In this document: piece after piece, positions 47,252 through 57,062 of the stretch | How positions within the stretch are numbered: position 1 is the stretch's first letter | Layout of the letters: every line of letters begins with the position of its first letter | Assembly: GCA_903824785.1 (NCBI GenBank) | Contig: CAIJYD010000111.1 | Location: 71,059-135,058 of the forward strand | Length of the DNA stretch: 64,000 nucleotides | From: an uncultured Bacteroidota bacterium | Lineage (GTDB): Bacteria; Bacteroidota; Bacteroidia; Bacteroidales; VadinHA17 | Reading direction: 5' to 3' | Notes under the pieces: model-generated | Told to the model about the DNA's origin: nothing | The model's database searches: none | The model's input: the letters and a program-made list of their open reading frames with translations, nothing else | Translations under genes and position numbers: made by a program

Positions 47252-49459
47252 TTAGAAATGATATACCTTCAGCAAAATATAGACTAACGCCGGAATACCT
47301 GCTATCACAAACAAACCAAGCAGTGGCTGATCAGGGTTCTTCTTTTGAAGGTCAGATATCAGCTCTTCCCAATAATGCTTCCCTTCCTGTTCATATTTGT
47401 AAATATCAAAATTGAAGAGGATAAAATAGGTCCATATTGTTACCGATGCTATGGAGATAAGTAAACTGAACCCAAGTATCGCAAAGATAAGTCCGAGTAT
47501 TCTCAGAATATGATCTTTAATACCAGCCTTCAGGTTGCTTTGCTGGGCAACAATATTACTCTTCTCTTTCTGATAACTGATTATCAATGCGTTTCTCTCA
47601 TCCTTCAATGATGCCAACGTGCTTTTCAATTTTGCCATGTAAGTATTTGCAGCCTGTATAGTATAAAACAAGAATGGCCTCTGATAAGAAATTGATTCAG
47701 CTTTCTCATCTTCAATTTTAACTGCTGTAACCGGTTCACTTCCCACAGCTGACATTACCGAGACCAGAATTCCGGCCCAGTTGCTTGATTCCCCATTTTC
47801 CTTTGTCCCTTTTACTCTTACCGTTCCGGGTGTATTACCCCACTTAATATTGATATTATCGCCCTGGGCAGAGACTACTATTGCACCCTCAGGAATCTGC
47901 CATGAATAGGTTTCAAAACCTTTCTGTGCAATATATTTTTCAACATTACCTGTATATACACTTGTCTTGCCTGATGGAGCAGAAATACGCGGTTTCTGAG
48001 GAGGCTTATCATTTACCCTTACATTCAGACTGACTACAGAAGCATCGGTACAACTATTTGATGGAATGACAGATACTGTATAACTTCCGGTTCTTTCCCA
48101 TCTGTTGCTTATTTCATTAAGCGAAGCAAATGTCCTTATTATTCTATTGGTAAAATTATCTTTAATCTCCCATTTGAAATTCGGGCAGCTTTTGTTTTCA
48201 GGAATAGTAAATATCTGAGATTCCCCGACAAATGCATCACCTTCGAAGGTAAATATCTCGTTTTCTTTTATGAGTTTCCGTAATGCTATAGCCTCATCCA
48301 TCTTTGCATTAATTTTAAAGACATCATTCGCTAATTTAACTGTATCAGTCTGAAGCTTCTGTTCGAGCTTAATTAAACTTGTATCAAGTATTTTTATCTC
48401 TTTCCTTTTTTCAAATATTACAGGCACATGCACGGGCAATTTAACAATCTCACTCTGCCACTGCTGCGAACTTTTCTGGGTTGTAAGTTCAATTCCTGAA
48501 AGTAAAAAATAAGAAATTAAGAAAGGTATTAGAGCAGCAACCCCTAACCCTATTATCTGAAAAGGCTGCGAGAAAATCAATTTGGGAAGTCTGACAAATA
48601 TCTCTTTAAGAAAATCCTGAACTTTGATTTCACCATTTTTGGAAGCAAGGTGCGGAGCCAGATAAAACACCGACAAAATAACCGCTGCCAGCAGTAAAAC
48701 AGCAAGTGGCACAATAACCTGAGAAAGAGACACCCCTAATCCGCTAACCAGATGTTTTTCAGCATATTCCCTTAATAAAGCAATAATGCCGGCAGAGGAA
48801 GCCGAGATAGCCAGCCAGATAAGATTTACTTTCAGACTTGGCAAAACCCAGAATTCACTATAATTATCACTCCGGTAAAATACTACAGAGGAGTAAACAA
48901 GATACTGAAGGAGAAAGAACAATCCTGCAATTCCTGCATAAAGAATAATTCCGGAATTAAATAAAGAATATAAAATCCAGACCAAAGATAATGACCCTGA
49001 CAGTATCAGAACACTCTTAAAAGCATGAATAAAATTGTTTATCGTAAACAAAGGCTTAATCAACCTTAGTGCAAATTGAAAAAACTTCCAGGAGAAAATA
49101 ATAATGTAGTACCACAGAAGTTTTATTAAAGAGAAGAGTGTCGGATGCAAAACTTCCTTCCAGATCCAGCTTAATACCCACCAGAGCCTTGATATTAAAA
49201 AACCGATAAACTCAAATATTGAAGTGAATCCATATATACCCCATACGAAAAGATTGTAAATAAAAGCCAGAATACTGAATAGAGGGGTAAACCGGCTGAT
49301 CCAGGTGTTAGGTTCAAGCCATTTACGGGTAATCTGATCTACTTCAAGCAGATTTTTAACAGGCTTTCCATCTATGGAAAAACGAATGAATCCTATTAAT
49401 GGCAAAGCTGCAATTATTGCAGGATAGATTTGCGAAAATAAAAGTTTAATTAAACTCAT
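47252..49459 (-). CDS. Large polytopic membrane protein with coiled-coil and Ig/PKD-like modules, unassigned
   Basis: 735 aa. About 9 N-terminal TM helices. A soluble region of about 320 aa has heptad-like stretches and two beta-rich modules (..CPNFKWEIKD...GSYTVSVIPSNSC...; ..YSWQIPEGAIVVS.QGDNINIKWGNTPGTVRVKG..). Two C-terminal TM helices. Confidence 0.65.
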   Translation of the reverse strand: MSLIKLLFSQIYPAIIAALPLIGFIRFSIDGKPVKNLLEVDQITRKWLEPNTWISRFTPLFSILAFIYNLFVWGIYGFTSIFEFIGFLISRLWWVLSWIWKEVLHPTLFSLIKLLWYYIIIFSWKFFQFALRLIKPLFTINNFIHAFKSVLILSGSLSLVWILYSLFNSGIILYAGIAGLFFLLQYLVYSSVVFYRSDNYSEFWVLPSLKVNLIWLAISASSAGIIALLREYAEKHLVSGLGVSLSQVIVPLAVLLLAAVILSVFYLAPHLASKNGEIKVQDFLKEIFVRLPKLIFSQPFQIIGLGVAALIPFLISYFLLSGIELTTQKSSQQWQSEIVKLPVHVPVIFEKRKEIKILDTSLIKLEQKLQTDTVKLANDVFKINAKMDEAIALRKLIKENEIFTFEGDAFVGESQIFTIPENKSCPNFKWEIKDNFTNRIIRTFASLNEISNRWERTGSYTVSVIPSNSCTDASVVSLNVRVNDKPPQKPRISAPSGKTSVYTGNVEKYIAQKGFETYSWQIPEGAIVVSAQGDNINIKWGNTPGTVRVKGTKENGESSNWAGILVSVMSAVGSEPVTAVKIEDEKAESISYQRPFLFYTIQAANTYMAKLKSTLASLKDERNALIISYQKEKSNIVAQQSNLKAGIKDHILRILGLIFAILGFSLLISIASVTIWTYFILFNFDIYKYEQEGKHYWEELISDLQKKNPDQPLLGLFVIAGIPALVYILLKVYHF

Positions 49460-49849
49460 AACAGTCAGTTATTAATTGATAATCAGCAGATTATAATATG
49501 TCCACAAAAAAATATTTTTTCCCACGAGAAATTTATAAACAAAAGAAATTAAATAAAAATACAAGCTTAATTATGAGGAGCATCTCACATCCTTAAACTT
49601 CCTTATCGGTCTGTAACAGGTATGTTTTTTTTAAAATTTAGTGCAGTTTTAATGTTCCCCTTTTCACAAATATAACTATTATGAATCAGAAAAACAATTA
49701 ATTAACTTATCCATTTTCTTCAGTTACTCATATTATCAGGAAGAGAGAGAGTTTTCAGGAAAAGGAATGAATATTACAGATTAATCCATACCAGAATTTT
49801 TTGCTCCTGTTTTATCAGGCAGAGCCCTTTCTGATATTTTAAAAATCCT

Positions 49850-49857
49850 TACTTTTG
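49850..49857 (+). promoter_or_regulatory. Candidate Bacteroidota -7 promoter element upstream of pheT
   Basis: TACTTTTG matches TAnnTTTG, 37 nt upstream of the pheT ATG. A TTTC lies at about the -33 position. Confidence 0.4.
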
Positions 49858-49893
49858 CACTCTTACTGATAATATTTTAAGCTAAACCAAAAG

Positions 49894-52350
49894 ATGAAGA
49901 TTTCATATAACTGGATTAAGGACTATCTGAATATCGATATTGAACCCGCCAAAGTGGCCGAGATACTTACCGGTATCGGTCTCGAGGTTGAAGGGATGGA
50001 TGAATGGGTTTCTGTAAAGGGTGGCCTTGAAGGTGTTGTTATCGGTGAAGTCCTCACATGTGTAAAACACCCCGACGCAGATAAACTCTCTGTAACCACT
50101 GTGGATGTAGGTGGCTCACAGCCTCTTCAGATTGTATGCGGAGCTCCGAATGTTGCTGCCGGTCAGAAAGTTCCTGTTGCAACCATCGGCACAATTGTCT
50201 TTAAAGGAGATGAGAGTTTTGAGATAAAAAAATCAAAGATAAGGGGTGAATTATCTGAAGGAATGATTTGTGCCGAGGATGAACTTGGACTTGGCAATTC
50301 TCATGACGGTATTATGGTTCTCGAAAAAGATTCAAAACCGGGAACAAAAGCCGGAGCCTATTTCAAAGTGGCAAAAGATTTCGTTTTTGAAATAGGCCTG
50401 ACTCCCAACAGGATAGACAGCGGATCACATTTTGGTGTTGCAAGGGATCTTGCCGCATATCTGAATCTGAATGCCGGACTGAATCTGAGAGCAGTAAAAC
50501 CTTCAGTGACAGACTTTAAACCCGATAATCACAATAACACTTGTGAGGTGATTATTGAAAACGCTGCTGATTGTCCTCGATATACCGGGATTACCATAAG
50601 CGGTGTTACCATAGGAGAATCGCCTCAGTGGCTTAAGAATAAACTCAGGGCAGTCGGCCTCAATCCGATTAATAATGCAGTTGATATTACCAATTTTGTT
50701 CAGCATGAGATTGGCCAGCCTTTGCATGCCTTTGATGCAGATAAAATTGATGGAAAGAAAGTTATTATCAGAAATCTTCCTGAAAAAAGCAGGTTTATCA
50801 CCCTCGATGGAAATGAAAGAACCCTTTCGGCAAGAGACCTTATGATCTGCAATATGAATGAGGGTATGTGTATCGCAGGGGTATTTGGTGGAATAAAATC
50901 AGGAGTAACCGCCTCAACTAAAAACATCTTCCTTGAAAGCGCATATTTTAACCCGGTTGCGATCCGTAAAACTTCAAAAAGACACGGACTCAAAACCGAT
51001 GCTTCATTCAGGTTTGAAAGAGGTGCTGATCCAAACATTACGACATGGGCGCTGAAAAGAGCCATCATGCTTATTAAAGAGGTAGCCGGGGGTGAGATCT
51101 CATCAGAGATTACCGATATCTATCCTGTCCCTCTGAATAATGTGCTCATAGAAGTTAACTTCAATAATATAAACAGGCTCATCGGAAAAAATATTGAGAG
51201 GGCTGCAGTAAAGAAGATACTCGACCTTCTCGATATTACAATTAAGGATGAAACTGGTGACAACCTGACCCTCGAGATACCTGCTTACCGCGTTGATGTC
51301 AAAAAAGAGGCAGATGTTATTGAAGAGATTCTCAGGATCTACGGTTATAATAATGTAGAGGTCAGCAACCATGTGAATTCAATACTCTCGTATCCTGAAA
51401 AACCTGACAAAGAGAAGATAGTCAATATAATATCCAACCTTCTTTCAGCAAACGGCTTCGCAGAGATCATGTGCAACTCCCTTAATCCTGCGGCATGGTA
51501 TGAACAGAACAGCGATTTCGACAACGAACAGCTTGTGCGGCTTGCAAATCCCTTAAGTTCCGACCTGAACGCCATGAGGCAGTCGCTGCTATACGGTGGA
51601 CTGAGCTCTGTCAGCTGGAATATAAACCGGCAAAATCCCGACCTTAAGCTTTACGAGTTCGGTCACTGCTACTTTTATCATAAGCAGGAGCAGCTGTACC
51701 CCAAAGCTCACAATTATATTGAAAAAGCATCGCTCGATATTTTTCTTTCAGGAAACAACGGAAAACAAAATTGGAACTCAAAAATCAATCCTACCGACTT
51801 CTTTAATATTAAATCCTCCATTGAAACAATCCTATCACGGTTGGGTGTTAAACCTGAAAGCCTTACTACCGGAGATAGCGATAAAAAATACTTTGCCGAG
51901 TCGCTCATCTATATGGTTAATAATAAAATAGTTGCAGAAGCCGGTCGTATTTCCAAAAAATATCTTCTGCAATTCGATATCAGCCAGGATGTTTACTATG
52001 GCCATATTGAATGGGATCAGGTTTTAAAACTGATAAAAAAACATTCCATATCATTCAGGGAACTGCCTAAATATCCTTCTGTGCGCCGAGATCTCTCCCT
52101 TCTTCTCGACAGGGGGATTAAATTCAGGCAGATCAGGGAATTGGCTTTAAAGACAGAAAAAAACATTCTTTACGACATCTCACTCTTCGATGTTTACGAG
52201 AATGACAGTCTGGGTATTAACAAGAAATCATATGCAGTAAGTTTTATCCTGCGCGACGATCTTAAAACCCTTACCGACAAGTATATCGACAAGGTTATGA
52301 GTAATCTGATAAATGCGTTTGAAAAGGAGTTTAATGCACAGATAAGATAA
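49894..52350 (+). CDS. pheT: Phenylalanine--tRNA ligase beta subunit
   Basis: 818 aa. MKISYNWIKDYL start, tRNA-binding domain (CGAPNV..G), B3/4 and B5 domains, and a C-terminal FDX-ACB-like end (SFILRDD..TLTD). Confidence 0.93.
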   Translation: MKISYNWIKDYLNIDIEPAKVAEILTGIGLEVEGMDEWVSVKGGLEGVVIGEVLTCVKHPDADKLSVTTVDVGGSQPLQIVCGAPNVAAGQKVPVATIGTIVFKGDESFEIKKSKIRGELSEGMICAEDELGLGNSHDGIMVLEKDSKPGTKAGAYFKVAKDFVFEIGLTPNRIDSGSHFGVARDLAAYLNLNAGLNLRAVKPSVTDFKPDNHNNTCEVIIENAADCPRYTGITISGVTIGESPQWLKNKLRAVGLNPINNAVDITNFVQHEIGQPLHAFDADKIDGKKVIIRNLPEKSRFITLDGNERTLSARDLMICNMNEGMCIAGVFGGIKSGVTASTKNIFLESAYFNPVAIRKTSKRHGLKTDASFRFERGADPNITTWALKRAIMLIKEVAGGEISSEITDIYPVPLNNVLIEVNFNNINRLIGKNIERAAVKKILDLLDITIKDETGDNLTLEIPAYRVDVKKEADVIEEILRIYGYNNVEVSNHVNSILSYPEKPDKEKIVNIISNLLSANGFAEIMCNSLNPAAWYEQNSDFDNEQLVRLANPLSSDLNAMRQSLLYGGLSSVSWNINRQNPDLKLYEFGHCYFYHKQEQLYPKAHNYIEKASLDIFLSGNNGKQNWNSKINPTDFFNIKSSIETILSRLGVKPESLTTGDSDKKYFAESLIYMVNNKIVAEAGRISKKYLLQFDISQDVYYGHIEWDQVLKLIKKHSISFRELPKYPSVRRDLSLLLDRGIKFRQIRELALKTEKNILYDISLFDVYENDSLGINKKSYAVSFILRDDLKTLTDKYIDKVMSNLINAFEKEFNAQIR

Positions 52351-52862
52351 TGAAGAGACAAAGGGTTGAGCTGATAAATGGTGATATTACCAGAATGGAT
52401 GTAGAAGCCATAGTTAATGCCGCCAATAACTCACTTCTTGGAGGAGGTGGCGTTGACGGTGCAATCCATAATGCTGCCGGAGCTGATCTTCTTGCAGAAT
52501 GCGAGAAGCTTAAAGGATGTGAAACAGGTCAGTCGAAAATTACCGGAGGGTACAGACTTAAAGCCAGGCATATAATACATACTGTCGGTCCGGTGTGGCA
52601 TGGCGGCTGCCGCGATGAACATTCATTGCTCGCATCGTGCTACCAGACAAGCCTTGCACTTGCTAAGGAAAAGAGAATAAAAACACTTGCATTTCCCGGC
52701 ATCTCAACAGGAGTCTATGGTTTTCCAAAAGACCTTGCTGCCCTGATTGCTGTTAATGAGACCAAAAGATTCCTCGATAAACACAGCTATCCTGAAAAGG
52801 TAATATTCGTTACATTCGGTGAAGATAATTATGAAATTTACAGGAAGCTTCTCGAACAATGA
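52350..52862 (+). CDS. Macro domain protein (O-acetyl-ADP-ribose deacetylase, YmdB-like)
   Basis: GDITRMDVEAIVNAANNSLLGGGGVDGAIHNAAG and AFPGISTGVYGFP are canonical macro-domain blocks. The ATG shares its A with the pheT TAA. Confidence 0.9.
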   Translation: MKRQRVELINGDITRMDVEAIVNAANNSLLGGGGVDGAIHNAAGADLLAECEKLKGCETGQSKITGGYRLKARHIIHTVGPVWHGGCRDEHSLLASCYQTSLALAKEKRIKTLAFPGISTGVYGFPKDLAALIAVNETKRFLDKHSYPEKVIFVTFGEDNYEIYRKLLEQ

Positions 52863-53737
52863 TTAAACTTTTCAGATCGGTAACAAACTACTTCTCACTT
52901 GTAAAGTTTAGCCATACAGTCTTTGCTATGCCTTTTGCTCTCATAGGTTTTTCACTGGCGGTAACAAGTGAAAAATCTGAATTCAGTTTCAGGCTTCTGC
53001 TTCTTATTATTCTTTGCATGATCTTTGCCAGAAACGCTGCAATGGGATTTAACCGGGTTGCCGATAAAAAATTTGATTCGCTTAACCCAAGAACAAAAGA
53101 CCGTGAGATTCCGGCAGGTCTTATCAAAACAGATGCAGCAACTGCCTTTGTCGTCCTTAACGCTATGCTGTTTATAGCAACAACAGCATTTATCAACCGG
53201 CTTACCCTTTGGCTCTCCCCTGTTGCCCTGCTGATTATACTTGGCTACAGCCTCACCAAAAGGTTTACTTCGTTGTGTCATTTCATTCTCGGTCTCGGCT
53301 TAAGCCTTGCTCCTATTGGCGCATACATCTCAGTAACAGGCTCTTTCAGTATTATCCCAATAATTTATTCAGTTATTGTACTCACCTGGGTAAGTGGATT
53401 TGATATTATTTATGCCCTGCAGGATGATGAGTTTGACAAATCGAACAACCTCTACTCATTGCCATCTGTTACAGGACGAAAAAATGCCATTCTCATCTCC
53501 ATAATTGTTCATTTTATTACATTTATTATGGTTCTTGTAGCAGGTTTTGCGGGAAAAGGCGGATACCTTTACTGGACTGGCGCCTTGATTTTCACATCGC
53601 TGCTGATTTATCAGCACAGTATTGTAAAACACAATGATCTCAGCAGAGTGACACTTGCCTTTGGCACAACCAATGGAACAGGAAGTATTCTGTTTTCCAT
53701 TTTTGTAATCCTTGATCTGTTTATCAGGTTCAGTTAA
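52859..53737 (+). CDS. UbiA family polyprenyltransferase (4-hydroxybenzoate polyprenyltransferase-like)
   Basis: About 9 TM. NRVADKKFDSLNPRTKDREIP (first Asp-rich motif region) and YALQDDEFD (second). 4-nt overlap with the macro gene. Confidence 0.85.
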   Translation: MIKLFRSVTNYFSLVKFSHTVFAMPFALIGFSLAVTSEKSEFSFRLLLLIILCMIFARNAAMGFNRVADKKFDSLNPRTKDREIPAGLIKTDAATAFVVLNAMLFIATTAFINRLTLWLSPVALLIILGYSLTKRFTSLCHFILGLGLSLAPIGAYISVTGSFSIIPIIYSVIVLTWVSGFDIIYALQDDEFDKSNNLYSLPSVTGRKNAILISIIVHFITFIMVLVAGFAGKGGYLYWTGALIFTSLLIYQHSIVKHNDLSRVTLAFGTTNGTGSILFSIFVILDLFIRFS

Positions 53738-53811
53738 AGTTTATTATTATTACAATTAATTGTTCATCTGAATGTTTTTTTGTTTCTTGCCAATAATTAA
53801 AAAAGCGAACT

Positions 53812-54933
53812 ATGGGGGAATTAGTTATTAAAGAGGTACTTACGAAAAAAGACCTTCGCCAATTTATCTATCTGCCAAAGGAAGTACATAAAGACGAACC
53901 CGATTGGCTTCCACCTATCTATATGGATGAATGGGAGTTGTATAATAAGAAAAAGAACAAATCTTATCAGTATGCTGATGCGATTCTGCTTATTGCCCAC
54001 CGCGATAAAAAACCTGTAGGGAGAATCATGGGCATTATTAATAACCGATATAACACAATAAATAATGAGCAACATGGACGTTTCTGTTTCATGGAATGCT
54101 ATAATGATAAAGAGGTCTTTCATGCTCTTCTTTCAAAGGTTGAAGAGTGGGTAAAACAAAATGGAATGACCAGGATTATCGGACCACTTGGCTTTTCCGA
54201 TAAGGACCCTCAGGGATTTCAGATAGAAGGTTTTGAGTACGCTCAGTTCATGACAAGCCCTAACAATTCACCATATATGCCTGAACTCATTGCATTTGAA
54301 GGGTATGAGAAAAAGGTAGATCTGGTAAACTACCAGGGCAAACTTCCCGACAAATTTCCACTTATCTACGAAAAAGTCCTTACACGTGTAGACAATAACA
54401 AAGAGTATAAGATAATTGAGTTCAATTCAAAAAAAGAGCTTAAGCCTTACATCATTGGTGTACTCGAATTAATGAATGAAACATTCTCGGAAATTTATGG
54501 TTTTGTCCCCCTCAATGATAAAGAGAAAACCGATTTTGCTGCACGATATCTGCCAATCCTCGATCCTAAATTCATTAAAGTTATCGAAACAAATGGAAAA
54601 CTGGTTGGTTTTGCAATAGGAATGCCGGATTTCAGCAGAGGAATAAGGGAAGCTAAAGGAAAACTTCTGCCTTTTGGAATTTTTAAAATACTGAAGGATT
54701 CCAAACGATCAAAAAAATTGCTGATGATGCTTGGCGGTGTTCAGAAAGCTTACAGGGGAAAAGGTCTCGATGTTCTTATGGGTGTTAAGATTCTCCAGTC
54801 GGGGATTAAGCATAAGATGGATACCGTCGACAGCCACCTTGTTCTTGAAACCAATACCAAGATGAGAAGCGAATACGAAAGAATCGGATGTCAGGTGGTT
54901 AAAAAATTCCGGATCTACCAGAAAGAGTTATAA
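53812..54933 (+). CDS. Putative GNAT-type N-acetyltransferase
   Basis: 373 aa. VQKAYRGKGLD fits the GNAT motif A (Q/R-x-x-G-x-G/A). No closer assignment. Confidence 0.5.
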   Translation: MGELVIKEVLTKKDLRQFIYLPKEVHKDEPDWLPPIYMDEWELYNKKKNKSYQYADAILLIAHRDKKPVGRIMGIINNRYNTINNEQHGRFCFMECYNDKEVFHALLSKVEEWVKQNGMTRIIGPLGFSDKDPQGFQIEGFEYAQFMTSPNNSPYMPELIAFEGYEKKVDLVNYQGKLPDKFPLIYEKVLTRVDNNKEYKIIEFNSKKELKPYIIGVLELMNETFSEIYGFVPLNDKEKTDFAARYLPILDPKFIKVIETNGKLVGFAIGMPDFSRGIREAKGKLLPFGIFKILKDSKRSKKLLMMLGGVQKAYRGKGLDVLMGVKILQSGIKHKMDTVDSHLVLETNTKMRSEYERIGCQVVKKFRIYQKEL

Positions 54934-54945
54934 AGAGTCTGAAAA

Positions 54946-56739
54946 TCAGAATCTGAATACCACCGAGAATCCCAGCATCTCCTTAAACTGAATTCTGGCA
55001 GTTTTTTTCTGGGTACCATCTGGTCTCAAAACCGGTTTATTATTTTTATCAAGTTCCGGGGTTTTGGTATCATCATCAAAAATCAGGTGTGTGTTGAACC
55101 TTACATCGGTAAACCAGTTGATATTTGCCACTACGATCATCTCCCAGTCAACATCAATATTCAAAGGATTATCGATATAATTAGTAAAGAGTTGCAACCT
55201 GTTGGTTACGCCTACATTTTTAACAGGTCTGAATTCATTAGTAATCATAAAACTTGCTCCCGGCTCATTTTTCGACCTTTTATTAATCTGAATACCATAT
55301 TTTGTCTGGTCAATCTTTGCAGTATCAAGTACAAATGTTCCCTTATATGAAAACGGAGAAAAGTTTAATGATGTGAACTTATTTGGCTTATAATCGAGTC
55401 CTAAACCTATGGTAATTATAGCCGGATTCATTAATTTCGAGACAGGAACAGAATCATTCGGATAATTATAACCCCGTACTAACTGGGTCTTGAACAACAT
55501 GATGGCACTAAAGTCGAACTTACCGAATGCTTTATGGTTCAGCTTTGAGTTTGTCTCAATAAGGTCGAGGTTTTTCCTTATGGGATTATCGCCTGATGCA
55601 AGAAATCCAAGCTTAATTCTGGCAAAGTTGCTGGAAGAAAGTTTAAGTAACTTATTATTATAATCGGCATAGCCGGTTATGTCAAGGGCAGTTGAAATGC
55701 TGCTCTCCCCTCCTTTCACCCAGTTTGTCAGAGTTGCCTGGCTAAGAACAAATGAGGCTTCCGTCTTATATTTCCAGTATTGAGGCTTAACAATAATTTT
55801 TTGAATATTAAGAAGTTTGGAATTATCTATTGACTGAATATTAATCTTTGCATCGGAATAATTGCCCTGCTTTACCGGTCTTCTGAAGTTAATGCCCTGT
55901 TCAAGATAGAGTCCGATTGTATCCCTTGAAGTATTTCCAATCCACACGGTTACAGAATCGGAAAATTCATTCCTTAGCCAGAACCTTGCCATAGAATTCG
56001 ACTTCGTGTTCAGCCACAGAGGGGTAACCATTTTCCCTACCCCGGTAAAATTGATGACTGAAGAATCGCGATCTTCGAGGTACTTTACCAAAGATCGGAC
56101 AGCAACCTGTATTGAGTCGCCCTGATATGGAAAATTAAAATACCTGAAGGGAAAACCTGAGCCGGAGGATGTTACTTCAGCCAGTGTATCAATAACAACC
56201 ATAATGGTAGTATCCTTCATCTCAGCAAGCTGGAGCTGTTCAGGAACCGGCAGAGCTGCTCTGTTGAGGGAATCAGTAACATTTGCAGCAACTGATGAAT
56301 CAGAAACTGCTACAGTGTCAGCCTGCAGGGATACTACCAGAGACGGGATCTTTAGCTTCAGAGGCTCCCATATATAGAATTTATCCCAGGGAATACTCAG
56401 AGAATCATAGGGATAGTTCTGAAGAATATACTTCGATGAATCGTATGGCTGATGGGACGCTTCAAATATCAGTTGACCCAGAGCCTGCCTGAGCGGATCA
56501 AGCGGATTATTCCAGTACTGAGGCTTATAAATCTGCTGAAGAAATGTCACCGACTGCCCGGTTGAAAGTACAATTTCAGGCGGCTTCCTGTTCTCATTTA
56601 AGATAATTCCACTTGTTTTAAGTGAATCGATAATTGCAGTAACCGACCTGGCTCTTTCAGTATTATCCTGCGAAAAAGCTGATATATAAATATTTATACA
56701 AATAACTGAAAAAAACAATCGTAGAACTTTTACTCTCAT
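54946..56739 (-). CDS. DUF3078-like outer-membrane protein
   Basis: Signal peptide. LTNWVKGGESSIS motif is typical of DUF3078 as I recall it. Beta-rich C-terminus ending in FRF. Confidence 0.5.
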   Translation of the reverse strand: MRVKVLRLFFSVICINIYISAFSQDNTERARSVTAIIDSLKTSGIILNENRKPPEIVLSTGQSVTFLQQIYKPQYWNNPLDPLRQALGQLIFEASHQPYDSSKYILQNYPYDSLSIPWDKFYIWEPLKLKIPSLVVSLQADTVAVSDSSVAANVTDSLNRAALPVPEQLQLAEMKDTTIMVVIDTLAEVTSSGSGFPFRYFNFPYQGDSIQVAVRSLVKYLEDRDSSVINFTGVGKMVTPLWLNTKSNSMARFWLRNEFSDSVTVWIGNTSRDTIGLYLEQGINFRRPVKQGNYSDAKINIQSIDNSKLLNIQKIIVKPQYWKYKTEASFVLSQATLTNWVKGGESSISTALDITGYADYNNKLLKLSSSNFARIKLGFLASGDNPIRKNLDLIETNSKLNHKAFGKFDFSAIMLFKTQLVRGYNYPNDSVPVSKLMNPAIITIGLGLDYKPNKFTSLNFSPFSYKGTFVLDTAKIDQTKYGIQINKRSKNEPGASFMITNEFRPVKNVGVTNRLQLFTNYIDNPLNIDVDWEMIVVANINWFTDVRFNTHLIFDDDTKTPELDKNNKPVLRPDGTQKKTARIQFKEMLGFSVVFRF

Positions 56740-57062
56740 GATGTCACATTTTAACAGATCCTATTTCACGGTTGAATATATCGCAAAATACAACTAATTT
56801 TGCACAAACAATTTTGAAAATTGATACACCCTTTCATCATAACGCAAAATACTCTTATTGATATATACAAAAATATCAAAAACAGAGATTTTTTTATCAT
56901 GAACTGAAAAAAACAGGTAAAGCTTCAAATGTTTTTACCAAAAAACGGCTTTCCTGCTTTTCATAATGGAAGTCCCCGTAATATCGGCTTCATTCCTCCG
57001 CAGAATTAAACTTATTCATTATAGTAAAATATTGATATTCTATTCACTTAGCAAAACATATT

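Noticed and set aside
6978-49459. A run of about 42 kb in which all of roughly 37 genes are on the minus strand, considered as a sign of an island or a single super-operon
   Set aside because: The block mixes core housekeeping genes (dnaN, gldFG, lpxB, surE) with the PUL and shows clear internal spacers. Co-orientation is better explained by replication-strand bias. No integrase, tRNA or flanking direct repeats mark an island.
49460-49893. Riboswitch or T-box leader upstream of pheT in the 434-bp spacer
   Set aside because: I could find no specifier-loop/T-box sequence, no extended conserved helices and no terminator/antiterminator pair. Only a 6-bp stem and a TAnnTTTG promoter box are visible.
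56929-57009. 26-codon uORF (MFLPKNGFPAFHNGSPRNIGFIPPQN) 53 nt upstream of the tryptophanase-like gene, considered as a TnaC-like leader peptide
   Set aside because: It has no Trp codon, does not resemble the TnaC W-D-P pattern, and has no downstream terminator or obvious rut-like tract. Small ORFs of this size are expected by chance in a 320-bp AT-rich spacer.
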